Assembly (NCBI GenBank): GCA_026936335.1
Contig: JAPMXV010000007.1
Coordinates: 1 to 64,000 of the forward strand
Direction of reading: 5' to 3'
Source of the DNA: Mantamonas sphyraenae STR306
Lineage: Eukaryota > Protista > CRuMs
DNA: 64,000 bases
Shown here: piece after piece, positions 46,920-57,972 of the stretch
Numbering within the stretch: the stretch's first letter is position 1
Layout: every line of letters begins with the position of its first letter
Program-made: the position numbers and the translations under genes
The notes under the pieces: model-generated
What the model was told of the DNA's origin: nothing
The model's database searches: none
The model's input: the letters and a program-made list of their open reading frames with translations, nothing else

Positions 46920-47793
46920 ATGGTTATGCCCAAGAAACCGTGCGAGGTGTGCAACACCAACCTATGTAAATACCGATGTCCTGCGTGCCGTGTGTTGTAG
47001 TACGTCTCCCCCCCCCCCCCCTGCTCCCCTCTCCCTGTCTGTCTTTCCCTGTATGCGTGTCCTGGGGCCAGTGCCAGTGTGTGCTGACAACCCGCCGCGC
47101 AGTTGCTCCGTTCCGTGTTTTCGAAAGCACAAGGGTAAGTGGCCTCGCGTGAGCGTGCTTGGATAGATCTGAGCGCATGTGTGTGTGTGTGTGTTTTGTG
47201 TTTGGATTGGATGCAAACGCATCGGCCTGACACCACGAGCCGCAGACAATCCGGGCTGCAAGCGGACCGAGCCGGATTCGGCCACGCGTGCAAGCAGCCA
47301 AGACAGCAAGCGAGCACGGTACGACACCAAAGAGATTGTGGACGAAGACGATCCGAGTAGCTATGTGGTGGAGACAAAGCAGCTACGATGGCTGGCGCAG
47401 TCAGAGTCGTTGAAGCAGCAGCTGTCCAATGCGCAGCTGCAGGCGTTGCTCGTCAAGGTTGACGGAGCCAACAACTCCAAGCAGGCTCTTCAACGCCTGG
47501 ATAACTTATTGCAAACAGACAGTGCGTTCCGAGGCTTTGTCGATGAGCTGCTCGAGACCATCCAGTTTGAAGCGAGTCTGGAGGCGCGACGCAAGCAAAA
47601 GGCAGAGAAGCTTGCACGCATGCAGGCGCAGAAGCAAGCCGCCAAGCAAGAGGAGGAAGAGGAGTCAGAGGAGTCAGAGGAGTCAGAGGATGAGGATGAG
47701 GAGGATGAGGATGAGGATGAGGAGGAAGAGGAGGAAGAGGAGACGCAGGAGAACAATGGGATGGGGGAGCAAGAAGAAAATGGTTCTTGTTGA
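46920..47793 (+). CDS. ZNHIT3: HIT-type zinc finger protein (ZNHIT3/Hit1-like, box C/D snoRNP assembly)
   Basis: Exons 46920..46999, 47103..47134, 47246..47793 give CEVC...[21 protein letters not shown], then LAQSESLKQQLSNAQLQALL...FRGFVDELL and an acidic tail. Confidence 0.88.
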
Positions 47794-47819
47794 GGAGGCC
47801 AGTTATGCAATCAGGAATA

Positions 47820-49037
47820 TCACCACAGCTGCCCTGTGAGCTTAGCAGTCTGCATCTCGTGCTTGGCGTCGTCGCGCTCGGTAAACTTGGTGCGGATGGT
47901 GTCAAAGATGTACATGGTGAGTCCCATGGGGATCACCTCGACCAACACATAGTAGAGGACAACCATGGCGGCATCGTGGCGCACCTGACGAGTGTACGCG
48001 CCGTACACAACCAGGACAGACTTGGCAAGCAAAACAATGCCACACACAGCGGTGCACAGCATGGTCTGGGGACGAACGGGTGGCAGCGAGGGTTAGCAGC
48101 AGCCCAGGGTGGCATCGTACAAAGGCGGCACGGTGTGACACGGTATGTGCACAGGAGTGCGGAGGGAAAAGAAAGGGCCCCGGGCGAAACTCACCACACG
48201 AATCAACTTTTGCATCTTGCGTGTGTACGGAAAGTTCTTGAACTTGATGTGGAAGGCAGTGCCGTAGTAGAAGAAGGCGATGCCGGCAATGGCAGAGACA
48301 ATGGCCTCAAACACAGCACCAGTCTGCATGACGCCGAGCTGCTTGGACGACGGGGTGCCCGGGAGCGCAACCCAGATGACCACGTTGAAGAGCACAATGA
48401 CAATGGAGACAATGAGGAAGGAGGTGCGCAGGTTCTTGACGTCGGCCACAGAATAGTGGTAGTACTCAGCCCTGTGGAAGGAGAAACGGCGGCGAGCAGA
48501 GGCAGAGGGTGAGTGGCGCGGCGGGAAAATTGGGTCGGTGAGCACATTTCGCAATTCTATCCCGAGGCCCTGTGAAGCCGGGCAAGCGCAAACGCACCAG
48601 AAGAACACCAGCACAATAAAGGAGATGAGGTAGGACACCGCCGGAATGGTGTTCAGTGTGTACATCGAGGCCGCGCTCATGTGCACGGCGCCGGAACGGA
48701 TCATGGGCACCACCACGAAAAACCCGAAGCGAACTGTGGGGTCACGTCACATCGCGACAGCCGCGGGACGGGGGGTCAGTGTTCCGTGTGCAAAAGGGAC
48801 TGTGTTCTGCCGACGCGACACAGAGACTGTGTGCTGTGTATTGCGTGTATGTGCGTGTGTGCGTGTGGGAATTTGACTCGTACCAACGGCAGCAACACCG
48901 ATGAGAGAGTAAAACGAGTGTCGCAGCTTCCACGGGCCGCCACCCTGAAGAGCCATCACCACCAATGCAACAGACACCATGCCTACAATCCAATACCCGG
49001 CGGCCAGCGCGTAGAAAAGTCCCACAGGCTCGCTCAT
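47820..49037 (-). CDS. TOM1/THH1 (DUF1084)-like seven-transmembrane protein
   Basis: Exons 49037..48884, 48733..48598, 48471..48195, 48065..47820. Spliced motif IPAVSYLISFIVLVFFWAEYYH, FFYYG, YYVLVEVIP. Confidence 0.8.
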
Positions 49038-49104
49038 GTCGGCAGGGGGGCGATTTTCAATGCCGGAGCTGACGCTTGCCGGGCCAACTTTGTTGCTGCC
49101 GACG

Positions 49105-51421
49105 ATGCCTGCGCGCCACCTGCTCTTCCTCTTGCACCTTAGCCTCGTCTGCCTTTGTGTGAGCTCCGTGCACGGGTTCTATCTGCCGGGTGTCAATCAG
49201 GAGGAGTACGAAGACGACAAGGCCCTCAACATCCAAGTGTCGCAGCTCACGTCTGTGCACACCCAGCTGCCTTACGACTTTTACAGCCTGCCCTTCTGCA
49301 AGCCCGAGAAGCTGGACGAGGTCAACGAGAACCTCGGTATGGTGCTCAGTGGCAACAAGGTCGAGAACTCGCCCTACAAGGTCGGTTGTCCAGCTTGCCT
49401 TGGCGTCTTCCGCATACCCTTCCACGCACGCCCTGGACCCTTGGACCCCATCCCACGCGTCCACCTCTCCTCCCCGCACCACAGCTTGCGCTTTGTGATG
49501 CCATTCAGCTTTGCCTGTTCATTTTGCTGTGGAGCGCACGGTCGCCCATCCGGCGCGAAAAGTCGCTTTTGCGCGTGAGGCGTCGGGGTTTCTGGCCCTC
49601 CTTCCCACCATGCCATTTCTGACCGCCCATGCCCCTTACGTCGCCCACAGGTGTATGTCAAGCGCAACGAGTCGCCATGCAAGGTGCTCTGTGTCAAAGA
49701 GTACACTGCCGACGAGATGAAGCTGTGGAAGGAGCGTGTCAGCGAGGAATACCGTGTGCACTGGTAAGTTTTGGCGCTCGCCTCGTTGCACCAGCAGCTT
49801 TTGCGCTCGTGGCTCACCCTGTGCTCGCCGCTCATCAACCCCAACCCCACCCCCGTCCTTGCCTCCTCCTCCGCCCACGTGCATTAGGATTCTGGACAAC
49901 CTGCCTGCGGCCACACGCATCCTGCTGATCGACCAGAACAACCCGGACGCCGAGCCCATCATCAAGTACGAGGACGGCTTCCCGCTGGGCGTCATTGGCT
50001 CGGCCAAGATGCCCGGCTTCGAGCCCGGCAAGATGTACCTCAACAATCACATCATGATCAACATCTCGTACCACACTGACCCGTCGTACAGCGGTTCGCG
50101 CATTGTGGGCTTCGAGGTGGAACCCATGAGCATTGAACACAAGTGGGACACCCCCGACGACGCATCCACTGTGCCAGCCACCTGCACAGATCGTGCCGGG
50201 GCCAAGCCGCAGAGTGTCGAGGGTGCAGGCAAGGTCATCTGGACCTACGAGGTCAAGTGGCACAAGTCCCCTGTGCGTTGGGCTTCGCGCTGGGATGGTT
50301 ATCTGCTCATGGTGGACGACGAGATCCACTGGTTTGCCATCATCAACTCCTTCATCATTGTCCTCTTCCTCACCGGCATGATTGCCATGATCCTTGCACG
50401 TACGCTGCATCGCGACCTGCGTGCCTACTCCCGCCTGGAAACAAGCGAGGAGGCTCAGGAGGAGACCGGGTGGAAGCTTGTGCACGCTGACGTGTTTCGT
50501 CCTCCCTCCCATCCCATGCTTTTTGCTGTCCTCAACGGCACGGGCATCCAGCTGTCGGCCATGGCGTTGGTCACCGTGGGATTCGCCGTGCTTGGTTTCC
50601 TGTCCCCGGCCACGCGTGGTGGCCTCATGACCGCCATGCTGCTGCTCTTTGTCCTCATGGGCGCGTGGGCAGGCTACACCTCGTCGCGTCTGTACAAGCT
50701 CTTTGCCGGCGACGCGTGGAAGACAAACACACTCATGACTGCCTTTCTGTTCCCGGGCGCCGTGTTTTTCATCTTTTTCGTCCTCGACCTGTGCGTCATC
50801 CACACGGGCTCGTCGGGCGCCGTGCCCTTTGGCACTTTCTTTGCCCTGTTGGCGCTGTGGTTCTGCATCTCTGTTCCCCTTGTCTTTCTGGGCTCCTACT
50901 TTGGCTACACGCGCGAGAGCATCGAACTGCCCGTCGAGACAAACACCATCCCGCGCGTCGTGCCCGAGCAGCTGTGGTACATGAAGCCCGTGTTCAGCAC
51001 CATGATGGGTGGGATCCTGCCCTTTGGCTCGGTGTTCATCGAGCTGTACTTCATCATGTCCAGCATGTGGATGCAGCGCATCTATTACATCTTTGGCTTC
51101 CTCTTTGTGGTGTTTATCATTCTGGTCATCACCTGCGCAGAGATTGCCATCGTCATGGTCTACTTCCAGCTGTGTGCCGAAGACTACCACTGGTGGTGGC
51201 GTTCCTTCTTCACCGCAGGCACCTCGGCCATCTATATGTTTGTCTACTCTATCTTTTACTTTTTCGACTCGCTCACCCTTGTCGGCTGGGTGTCCACACT
51301 GCTCTACTTTGGCTACTCCATCATCATCAGCGCTTCCTTCTTTCTCATCACAGGCTCCATGGGCTTCTCCGCCGTGTTCTACTTCAACAGGAAAATCTAC
51401 GGCGCCGTCAAAATCGACTAA
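49105..51421 (+). CDS. Transmembrane 9 superfamily (EMP70/TM9SF2-4 type) protein
   Basis: Exons to 49380, 49651..49763, 49888..51421. Signal peptide + FYLPG, LPYDFYSLPFC, WILDNLP, WASRWD, IHWFAIINS, ETGWKLVHADVFRPP, EDYHWWWRSF, C-terminal KID. Start 49060 or 49105. Confidence 0.96.
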
Positions 51422-51553
51422 AACAATGTGTAACTGTGTGCGGTGTGGTGTGTGCAGACAGTGGAGCAGTGCAGATCGGAATGAAACAGAACTGAAACAC
51501 CTGAAACACCTGCGCCAGTTCCGCCACCTCGACAACACATCCTCCCTGCAAAC

Positions 51554-52992
51554 ATGAGCAGCACCACAAAGCAAAACGTGAGCGTGATTGGGATCGGCCG
51601 CTTGGGCCTGTGCATGGCGTTGTGCCTGGACAAGGCAGGCTACCCGGTGCTCGGTGTGGACCTGTTTCCCAAGTACGTGGACGCCATCAATGCTCGCACG
51701 CTGAGGAGTAACGAGCCGATGGTTGAAACGATGCTTGCAGACGCATCAGAGTCTTTCCGGGCCACGATGGAGGTGGACGAGGCCATCGAGCACGCCGATC
51801 TGATCTTTGTGGCGGTGGCCACGCCGACGGGGGCCGGAGAGAATGTGTACGACCACTCGCATCTGAACCGCGTGTTGGTGGACCTGGTGAGTGTGTGTGG
51901 TTGCATGTGTGACGATCCCATGCGCTGGGGAGGCCGATTGGGCCAAGGAGGCCGTGCGCAAGCGCAGGTGGAGTGGCTCCCAGAGGGCAACACAAAAACG
52001 GCCTCGGCCAAGCGACGCTGACGCGGGCGGCTGTGGAACGGCGCTGTGGGACCATCACAGAATGAGCGCAAGGTGAAGAACAAGCACATTGTGGTGGTGT
52101 GCACAGTGATTCCTGGATGGACAAAGAACATCGGCGAATACCTGCTGCGCGACTGCGAAAACACAACCTTGTCGTACAACCCAGAGTTTATCGCCCAGGG
52201 TGCCATCATCCAGGGGTTCCTCAACCCTGACATGGTGCTCATTGGCGAGGGCAACGAAGAGATTGGCCAGATCCTGGAGGACTTGTACATGGACGTCGTG
52301 GACAACGAGCCCGAGGTGCACCGCATGGCTCCAAGCAGGTAAGCGGGACTTTTGTGGCTCACACGCGCGTTTGATGAAGAGGGAAACATCGAGGGACACA
52401 CCACTCATGCAGCAGCGCCTTTGCAACACCCCCATCCACCCCCAGTGCGGAGATCACCAAGCTGTCGCTGAACTGCTTCGTGACAATGAAGATCTCGTAC
52501 GCGAACCAGATTGGGGACATTGCCGACCGCACCGAGGGAGCAGACAAGGAGGCGATCCTGAAGGCCGTGGGTGCAGACTCGCGCGTGGGACGCAAGTATC
52601 TGCGACCGGGCTATGGATTCGGCGGACCCTGCTTCCCGCGAGACAACCGTGCTCTGGGACTGTACGCCCAGTCGCTGGATCTGGACCCCATGCTGTGTCT
52701 GGCCACCGACGAGTACAACGACTACCACAACGACATTATGGTCCAACAGATTGTTCAGCAGGCGGAGAAGGACGGAACCACCGAAATGACCTTTTCCGAT
52801 GTGGCCTACAAGGAAAAGTGCCCCGTGAACATCATTGAGGAGAGCTCCAAGCTGCAGGTCGCTGCCGCCGTGGCCAAGGCCACCCTGGCCGACGGCAACA
52901 AAATCAAGGTCACCATCAAGGATCGCAAGGGCATCATCATTGAGGTGATGAAGCAGTACGGCGGGTTGTTTACGTACGAAATTGACGAATAG
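51554..52992 (+). CDS. UDP-glucose/GDP-mannose dehydrogenase family enzyme
   Basis: Exons 51554..51886, 52061..52338, 52446..52992. GIGRLG Rossmann motif, IFVAVATP, YNPEFIAQG, AEITKLSLN, ISYAN, GYGFGGPCFPRD with catalytic Cys. Confidence 0.93.
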
Positions 52993-53011
52993 ATTCGCTC
53001 TTGCTTTGACT

Positions 53012-56000
53012 CTATTTGGCAAACTCCACATCCACCATGGCATCCACATACTCGTCGCAGAAGCCAGCCACCTCGCCGGCTGTGGCACGCAGCAGTTCGT
53101 CCACAATCTCCTCGCCCAGCACCTCGTAAATCTCCCACGGCTCCACTTCGGATTCTGCGGTGGCGTCTGTGGCAGCCAGACCCATCGACACACGCTGGTG
53201 CGCCTTAAACTTGCGACGGTTGTGTTGGATGCTCTCTAGTGTCTCCACGTCAATGTACAGGGGCAGTCGAGCAATGTCATGGTGCTCGCCATGGCCGGGT
53301 TCGTCGTCACCGTCGACGTCATCGTCCTCGTCGTCGTGAGACTGTGTATGCAGTGGCTTGAACGATGCATCATCGCCCACACGCGCTTCAAATGCTGGAG
53401 GGTTCTCCATGCGGTAGTGCGGGGCGGTTGTCTCGTGAAACTCTTGGTCCAATGCACTCAGCTGCATGCGCACGGGCTTCTCTGCCTCCTTGCGCCTCTG
53501 TTCGCGTTGTGCTTCGGCAGTGGCGTTGCGCTTCTCAAACAGCATGGCCTGATTGTCATCCCCGTAGAACTGCACGGGTTTCTGCAACCCGTACTTTGCC
53601 ATGACGCCTGCCTCTACGCTTTTGTACTCCTCCAGCATGGCCTCCAGTTCCTCCATCTGCACGTCATCCGAGCCTTCCTGTGAACGCTCGCTGCCACTCT
53701 CGTCGTCGCTCTCTCCCTCGTCGTCGTCGTCGTCGTCAGTCTCTTCTTCCGCTGCTCCCTTTCCAAACCCATACGCAGCCTCTGTCCGCTTGGCGTCCTT
53801 CATGAGTCTTGCATAGGCCTCCTGCGCATCCAAGATGGCCTCGTCCTCCATTTCGTCCTCGTCCGTGTCGCTTTCGTCGTCCTCGTCGTCCTCTTCGCCC
53901 TCCTCCTCCTCCTCCTCCTGCGTCTGTCCTCTTCGTGGCCCATCATGCTTTGCCACAAACTCAAGGAAGCGCTTTTCAAACTCTCCCATCATCCACTCGG
54001 CCTGTTGCCGAAGGCGTTCTTCAACATCTGCCTCTGCGGCTTGAATACGGGTCTGCTCACGCGTGCGTTCCTCTTCGGCGGCCTGCTCCTCCAACCACGC
54101 CTGACGTGCCACTTCCCGTACCATCATCTGGTGCATGGCTGGGTCTTGTTGCGCCAGCTTCTGGATGTGTGTCTGCTGCTGCTCCTGCACGTGGGCCTCA
54201 TCCTGCAGCGAGTGCCTGTACCCCATCGCCATGCCCAAGGGCATTGCGTGTGTGTGTGTGCTCCCTGTCTCGTTCTCCCGCTCCAAATTCTGGTCGTCGT
54301 CCGACGCGTCCTCGTCGTCCAAACGCGCCACACTCACGTTCTGACGATGTTTCCCTGCCTCTTCGGCATCTACCACCGACTGTCGCGTGTGGTGAGGCTG
54401 CAGATGTTTCTGGCTTCGCTGCTGCGGGTGTTCCATGTTCCTGTGCGTCTTTTGCGCCTGTTGCTGCTCTTCCACGTCCAACTGCGCCACCCTGTGTCGC
54501 GAATCCGCACCTGGTTCCATGTACTTGCTGCTAAATTCCCGGAATGACAGCAATTCGTCAACGTGCATGTGCTCCCGCGGATCGGCCATGTCCTCCTTGT
54601 CTTCATCTTGCTGGGGATGGCCCTCTGCACGTCTGCGCTGTGCTTCTTGCTTGGCGCGCAGACGAGCACGTCCTCGTTCTGCCCACCTATCCTTGCGTGC
54701 CTTTTCCCTCTGTTTGCGCTCCCGTTCCTTGCGCCGCTCCTCTCGACGCTTGCGCATGGCCTCCTCCTGCTTGCGTTCCCGTTCCTCGGCGTCATGGTCC
54801 TGGGCCGAGTCGCGTCCTGGCCGTCCCGAGCGGTTCTCCACGGTGGCGTCGATGTCTTCCAGCATCTCCTCCAGCATTTGGTACTGCGTCTCAAAGTACT
54901 CGTTGTCCCGTTGCGGGAATTGCATCTCATACTCGGCCATCGCGCCCGCCACACGTTGCATGTACTCAAGCACCTCTTGCTTCATGCTCGTCGTCAGCCG
55001 CGACGACTGCTCCGCGTTCTTCAGGTATGTCAACATGGACTGCACCACCAGTCGGTGCGCCTTTTGCAACCTGTGCAGCCGTCGTACCTTTTCTGTGTAG
55101 TTCACGTTGTCATCTTCCAGGTACGCCTGCTCCCGTTCCACCTGCTGGATCAATGCCTCCACCTTGTGCTTGATGCGCAGCACGGCTGTGCTTCGCACGG
55201 GCTCTTCCGGGCCCTCGTCAATGTCCCTGTCGCTGTGATGGTGCGCATGCTCGTCCCCGGTGTTGTCGTCATCCGACTCCTCTTCACTGCCAGTTCGTCG
55301 TCCCCTCACGCGTCTCGATGATGCTGGCGTTGACCCCACGCCAGCACGTGCCTTTCGCTGTTCCCACGCACGCGAAGGCTTCTTCTTGCGTCGGATAAGC
55401 TGTGCCACGGGTGCGTTTGCGCCAATGTCGTCGGCTCCCCTGTCTCTCGGTTCAAACACTTCGTGATCCACCGCCTCTGGAAACAGATGCTGCATAAGTT
55501 CCTTGTTTTGTGCCACCAAATCGCCTTCGCTCTTGGGCTTGCTGCTCTGGCTGCGTTGTGTGCGCTGGTGCGGCTTGCTGTGCCACGGCCGTTCGCGATC
55601 TTTTGTCGCGTGCGGCTTTGTCTTGCGACGCGGGGATTTACGCGGTGCCACGCCTGCCAGCATGCGCTGCACATCTTGCATGGTTTCGTCAGATGCTGTG
55701 TTGTTGCTGCTGGACCTTCTGGCGGTTGTGGTGGTGGTGGTGGTGGTGGTCGTCGTCGGGTGCTTGCGCCCGCTTGCCTTCTTTCCTGCCTTTTTGCCCT
55801 TGTTGTCCGTGCCCGCGTTTGACGTTGTGCTGTGCACTTTGGGTTCCGGCACTGTGTAAATCATGCGTTCGTTGTGGAAAAGTGGGTCCACCTTGGTATC
55901 GTTGTTCCACTCGCCAGGTGGAGCCGCAGGTGCGCTCTTGCTCCCTTGCTTCTTCTTGCGCTTGCCGCTTGCCGGTCGCTTCTTGCGCACCTTCATTGGA

Positions 56001-56752
56001 GACAGGCCAAACGCAGACGATGACGGCTGTGACCTGTGTTTGCTGCCGGGCGTCATGCGTCGCGAGGCGCGTTTGTCCTTTGCCTGCTTCTCGTCGCTTT
56101 GTCCCGCAGCCAGCTCCAGCTCCACATCCTCGGGTTCCAGCTCCACCACACTCTGCATGCTCATGTCCCCAGCACTGCGTGGCTCATGTTTGTCTTGCTG
56201 GCCCTGCTGCAGCGCCCGAATGGCACTGCCTCGCCGGCGTCCGCTCCCGGCCGTTCGCGTTTTGGCGCCAACGCGCCGTTTGCGTCCGCTTCCCGCTGCG
56301 CTGCCAGGGCGATCGTTGGCCTTGGGTTGGCGCGCGTGGTCGTTGAGAAAGAGAGGCACGGCACCTGCCAGGGCATCGTGCTCCTGTGTCGAGCGCGAGG
56401 TGTGGCTCGGGGCTGGCGAAACATGGTCGTCATCTTGCGCTGCGGTTGAAAACGCAAGCTGCTGGTCGTGGTGAGGCCGGGCTGTTTTGCGTGTGCGTGT
56501 GCGTGGATGGCCCTTGCGGCCACGCGACACTTGGTCATGGCTTTCTGTGTGGTGGCTTAGACTCAACTGTTCGTTGTGGGCCGCGGCTCGGGCTTCCAGT
56601 TTGCCTCGCAGCCACGATTCAAAGTCCAGGCTGTGCTTGCCGCCCGTCAGCGACGAGCTGGCCTGCAGACGCTTCATTTCGTTGAACTCTCGGTTGAGTT
56701 CCATCATCTCGTCGACAGACAGGCCAAACGCGGCCGAGCTCTTGACCTCCAT
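53012..56752 (-). CDS. Large disordered/coiled-coil protein with Moonraker (KIAA0753)-like C-terminus
   Basis: C-terminus LPLYID...SIQHNRRKF...EPWEIYEVLGEEIVDELLRATAGEVAGFCDEYVDAMVDVEF matches the remembered Moonraker terminal motif. Start uncertain (56752, 56854 or 56887). Confidence 0.7.
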   Translation of the reverse strand: MEVKSSAAFGLSVDEMMELNREFNEMKRLQASSSLTGGKHSLDFESWLRGKLEARAAAHNEQLSLSHHTESHDQVSRGRKGHPRTRTRKTARPHHDQQLAFSTAAQDDDHVSPAPSHTSRSTQEHDALAGAVPLFLNDHARQPKANDRPGSAAGSGRKRRVGAKTRTAGSGRRRGSAIRALQQGQQDKHEPRSAGDMSMQSVVELEPEDVELELAAGQSDEKQAKDKRASRRMTPGSKHRSQPSSSAFGLSPMKVRKKRPASGKRKKKQGSKSAPAAPPGEWNNDTKVDPLFHNERMIYTVPEPKVHSTTSNAGTDNKGKKAGKKASGRKHPTTTTTTTTTTTARRSSSNNTASDETMQDVQRMLAGVAPRKSPRRKTKPHATKDRERPWHSKPHQRTQRSQSSKPKSEGDLVAQNKELMQHLFPEAVDHEVFEPRDRGADDIGANAPVAQLIRRKKKPSRAWEQRKARAGVGSTPASSRRVRGRRTGSEEESDDDNTGDEHAHHHSDRDIDEGPEEPVRSTAVLRIKHKVEALIQQVEREQAYLEDDNVNYTEKVRRLHRLQKAHRLVVQSMLTYLKNAEQSSRLTTSMKQEVLEYMQRVAGAMAEYEMQFPQRDNEYFETQYQMLEEMLEDIDATVENRSGRPGRDSAQDHDAEERERKQEEAMRKRREERRKERERKQREKARKDRWAERGRARLRAKQEAQRRRAEGHPQQDEDKEDMADPREHMHVDELLSFREFSSKYMEPGADSRHRVAQLDVEEQQQAQKTHRNMEHPQQRSQKHLQPHHTRQSVVDAEEAGKHRQNVSVARLDDEDASDDDQNLERENETGSTHTHAMPLGMAMGYRHSLQDEAHVQEQQQTHIQKLAQQDPAMHQMMVREVARQAWLEEQAAEEERTREQTRIQAAEADVEERLRQQAEWMMGEFEKRFLEFVAKHDGPRRGQTQEEEEEEGEEDDEDDESDTDEDEMEDEAILDAQEAYARLMKDAKRTEAAYGFGKGAAEEETDDDDDDEGESDDESGSERSQEGSDDVQMEELEAMLEEYKSVEAGVMAKYGLQKPVQFYGDDNQAMLFEKRNATAEAQREQRRKEAEKPVRMQLSALDQEFHETTAPHYRMENPPAFEARVGDDASFKPLHTQSHDDEDDDVDGDDEPGHGEHHDIARLPLYIDVETLESIQHNRRKFKAHQRVSMGLAATDATAESEVEPWEIYEVLGEEIVDELLRATAGEVAGFCDEYVDAMVDVEFAK

Positions 56753-56877
56753 CTCGACGACCGGCAACAAGTTGTTGGCCCCGCCAGCGAGGCCAACGTC
56801 TCCTCGCACACACCAGCCCACAAGTCGGTTGCAGGCATCCTGTTGGGCATCCATACGCAAAGAGTCACACGCAGGAG

Positions 56878-57801
56878 ATGACTGCATGGAGCAAGGTGAG
56901 CAAGGTGTTGGATCGCTCGGTGGAGGATGTGGAGTTGCTGCTGCTGAGCGCGTCGCTGGTAGTCATGGGTGTCAACTCGCTGGCCATGCCCAGCTGGGTG
57001 ACCCACCATCAGCAACACATGGCACACGTGGTGACCACGCTGGTGGCTGTGGTGAGCCAGAACCGCGTCCAATGGCGCCTTTTGCGCCATGCCGAGCGCA
57101 CAAAGAACACGTGGATGGCGGCCACCACAGCATTCCTCAGCATGTACATTACAATGGCCGTAGGCGCACTGGGAAGTATGATTGGCACGTGCTCGGTGCG
57201 ACAGGCGCTGCGAGGGCACGGTGACTTTGCTACACACGTCGGCGTGGCTGCCTTTCTCTTTGGCATGGTGCCCAAGTCCATCTATTTGTGTTTATGGACG
57301 CTGTTTGGCAAGCGCGTGGATGCAGGAGGCATGGTTGGTTCCCATGCTCTTGCCAGCCTGGTGCTTGTGGCCGTGCTGGCACTTGCAAAGGTGTGCGGCG
57401 AGCACGTGCAACCCATCGCCCAGCTGTGGTTGCTGCGTCTGCGTCTTTGGATTTCCAAGCATGTCAAGAGGGCACTGGGCAACAATGTTCACGTGCGTCG
57501 CCTAGAGACTGCCGAGCAAGAGGCGCCGCCCCATCTCTGCTGTCCCATCACACACACCATCTTTCGACACCCGGTCATTGCACCCTCGGGCTTCACCTAC
57601 GAGCGTTCTGCCATTCTCACCCACTTGCGTGGCTCTTCCATCGACCCATTGACGCGCGAGCCGTTGGCTGCAGATCAACTCAGGCCGAACCGGGCTGTGC
57701 GTGACGCGGTGGACGTGTACCTGGAACAGCAACTCAACCAAGACACAGATGACGAGGGGGTGCATGAGCAGGGGCCGGGTAAGCTTGATGTGGACGAGTG
57801 A
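56878..57801 (+). CDS. Multi-pass membrane protein with C-terminal U-box (E3 ubiquitin ligase)
   Basis: 4-5 hydrophobic helices, then PHLCCPITHTIFRHPVIAPSGFTYERSAILTHL...DPLTREPL...LRPNRAVRDAV. Confidence 0.9.
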   Translation: MTAWSKVSKVLDRSVEDVELLLLSASLVVMGVNSLAMPSWVTHHQQHMAHVVTTLVAVVSQNRVQWRLLRHAERTKNTWMAATTAFLSMYITMAVGALGSMIGTCSVRQALRGHGDFATHVGVAAFLFGMVPKSIYLCLWTLFGKRVDAGGMVGSHALASLVLVAVLALAKVCGEHVQPIAQLWLLRLRLWISKHVKRALGNNVHVRRLETAEQEAPPHLCCPITHTIFRHPVIAPSGFTYERSAILTHLRGSSIDPLTREPLAADQLRPNRAVRDAVDVYLEQQLNQDTDDEGVHEQGPGKLDVDE

Positions 57802-57857
57802 AGTGAGCGAAACCGGTCGTACATTGGCTGCTCCTCCTTCCCTGTCAGGATGATTCG

Positions 57858-57860
<3 letters not shown>

Positions 57861-57892
<32 letters not shown>
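57861..57892. repeat. (TG)n microsatellite in a convergent intergenic region
   Basis: 16 TG units; opposite orientation to the (CA)n runs in the left half of the window. Confidence 0.95.
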
Positions 57893-57893
<1 letters not shown>

Positions 57894-57972
57894 TGGTCGG
57901 GGGGAGGGGGGTTGTTGCTGCGGTGTTGCTACAAATGTACTCTGTTGGGAGGCGTGAGGCGCACGGCAACCT

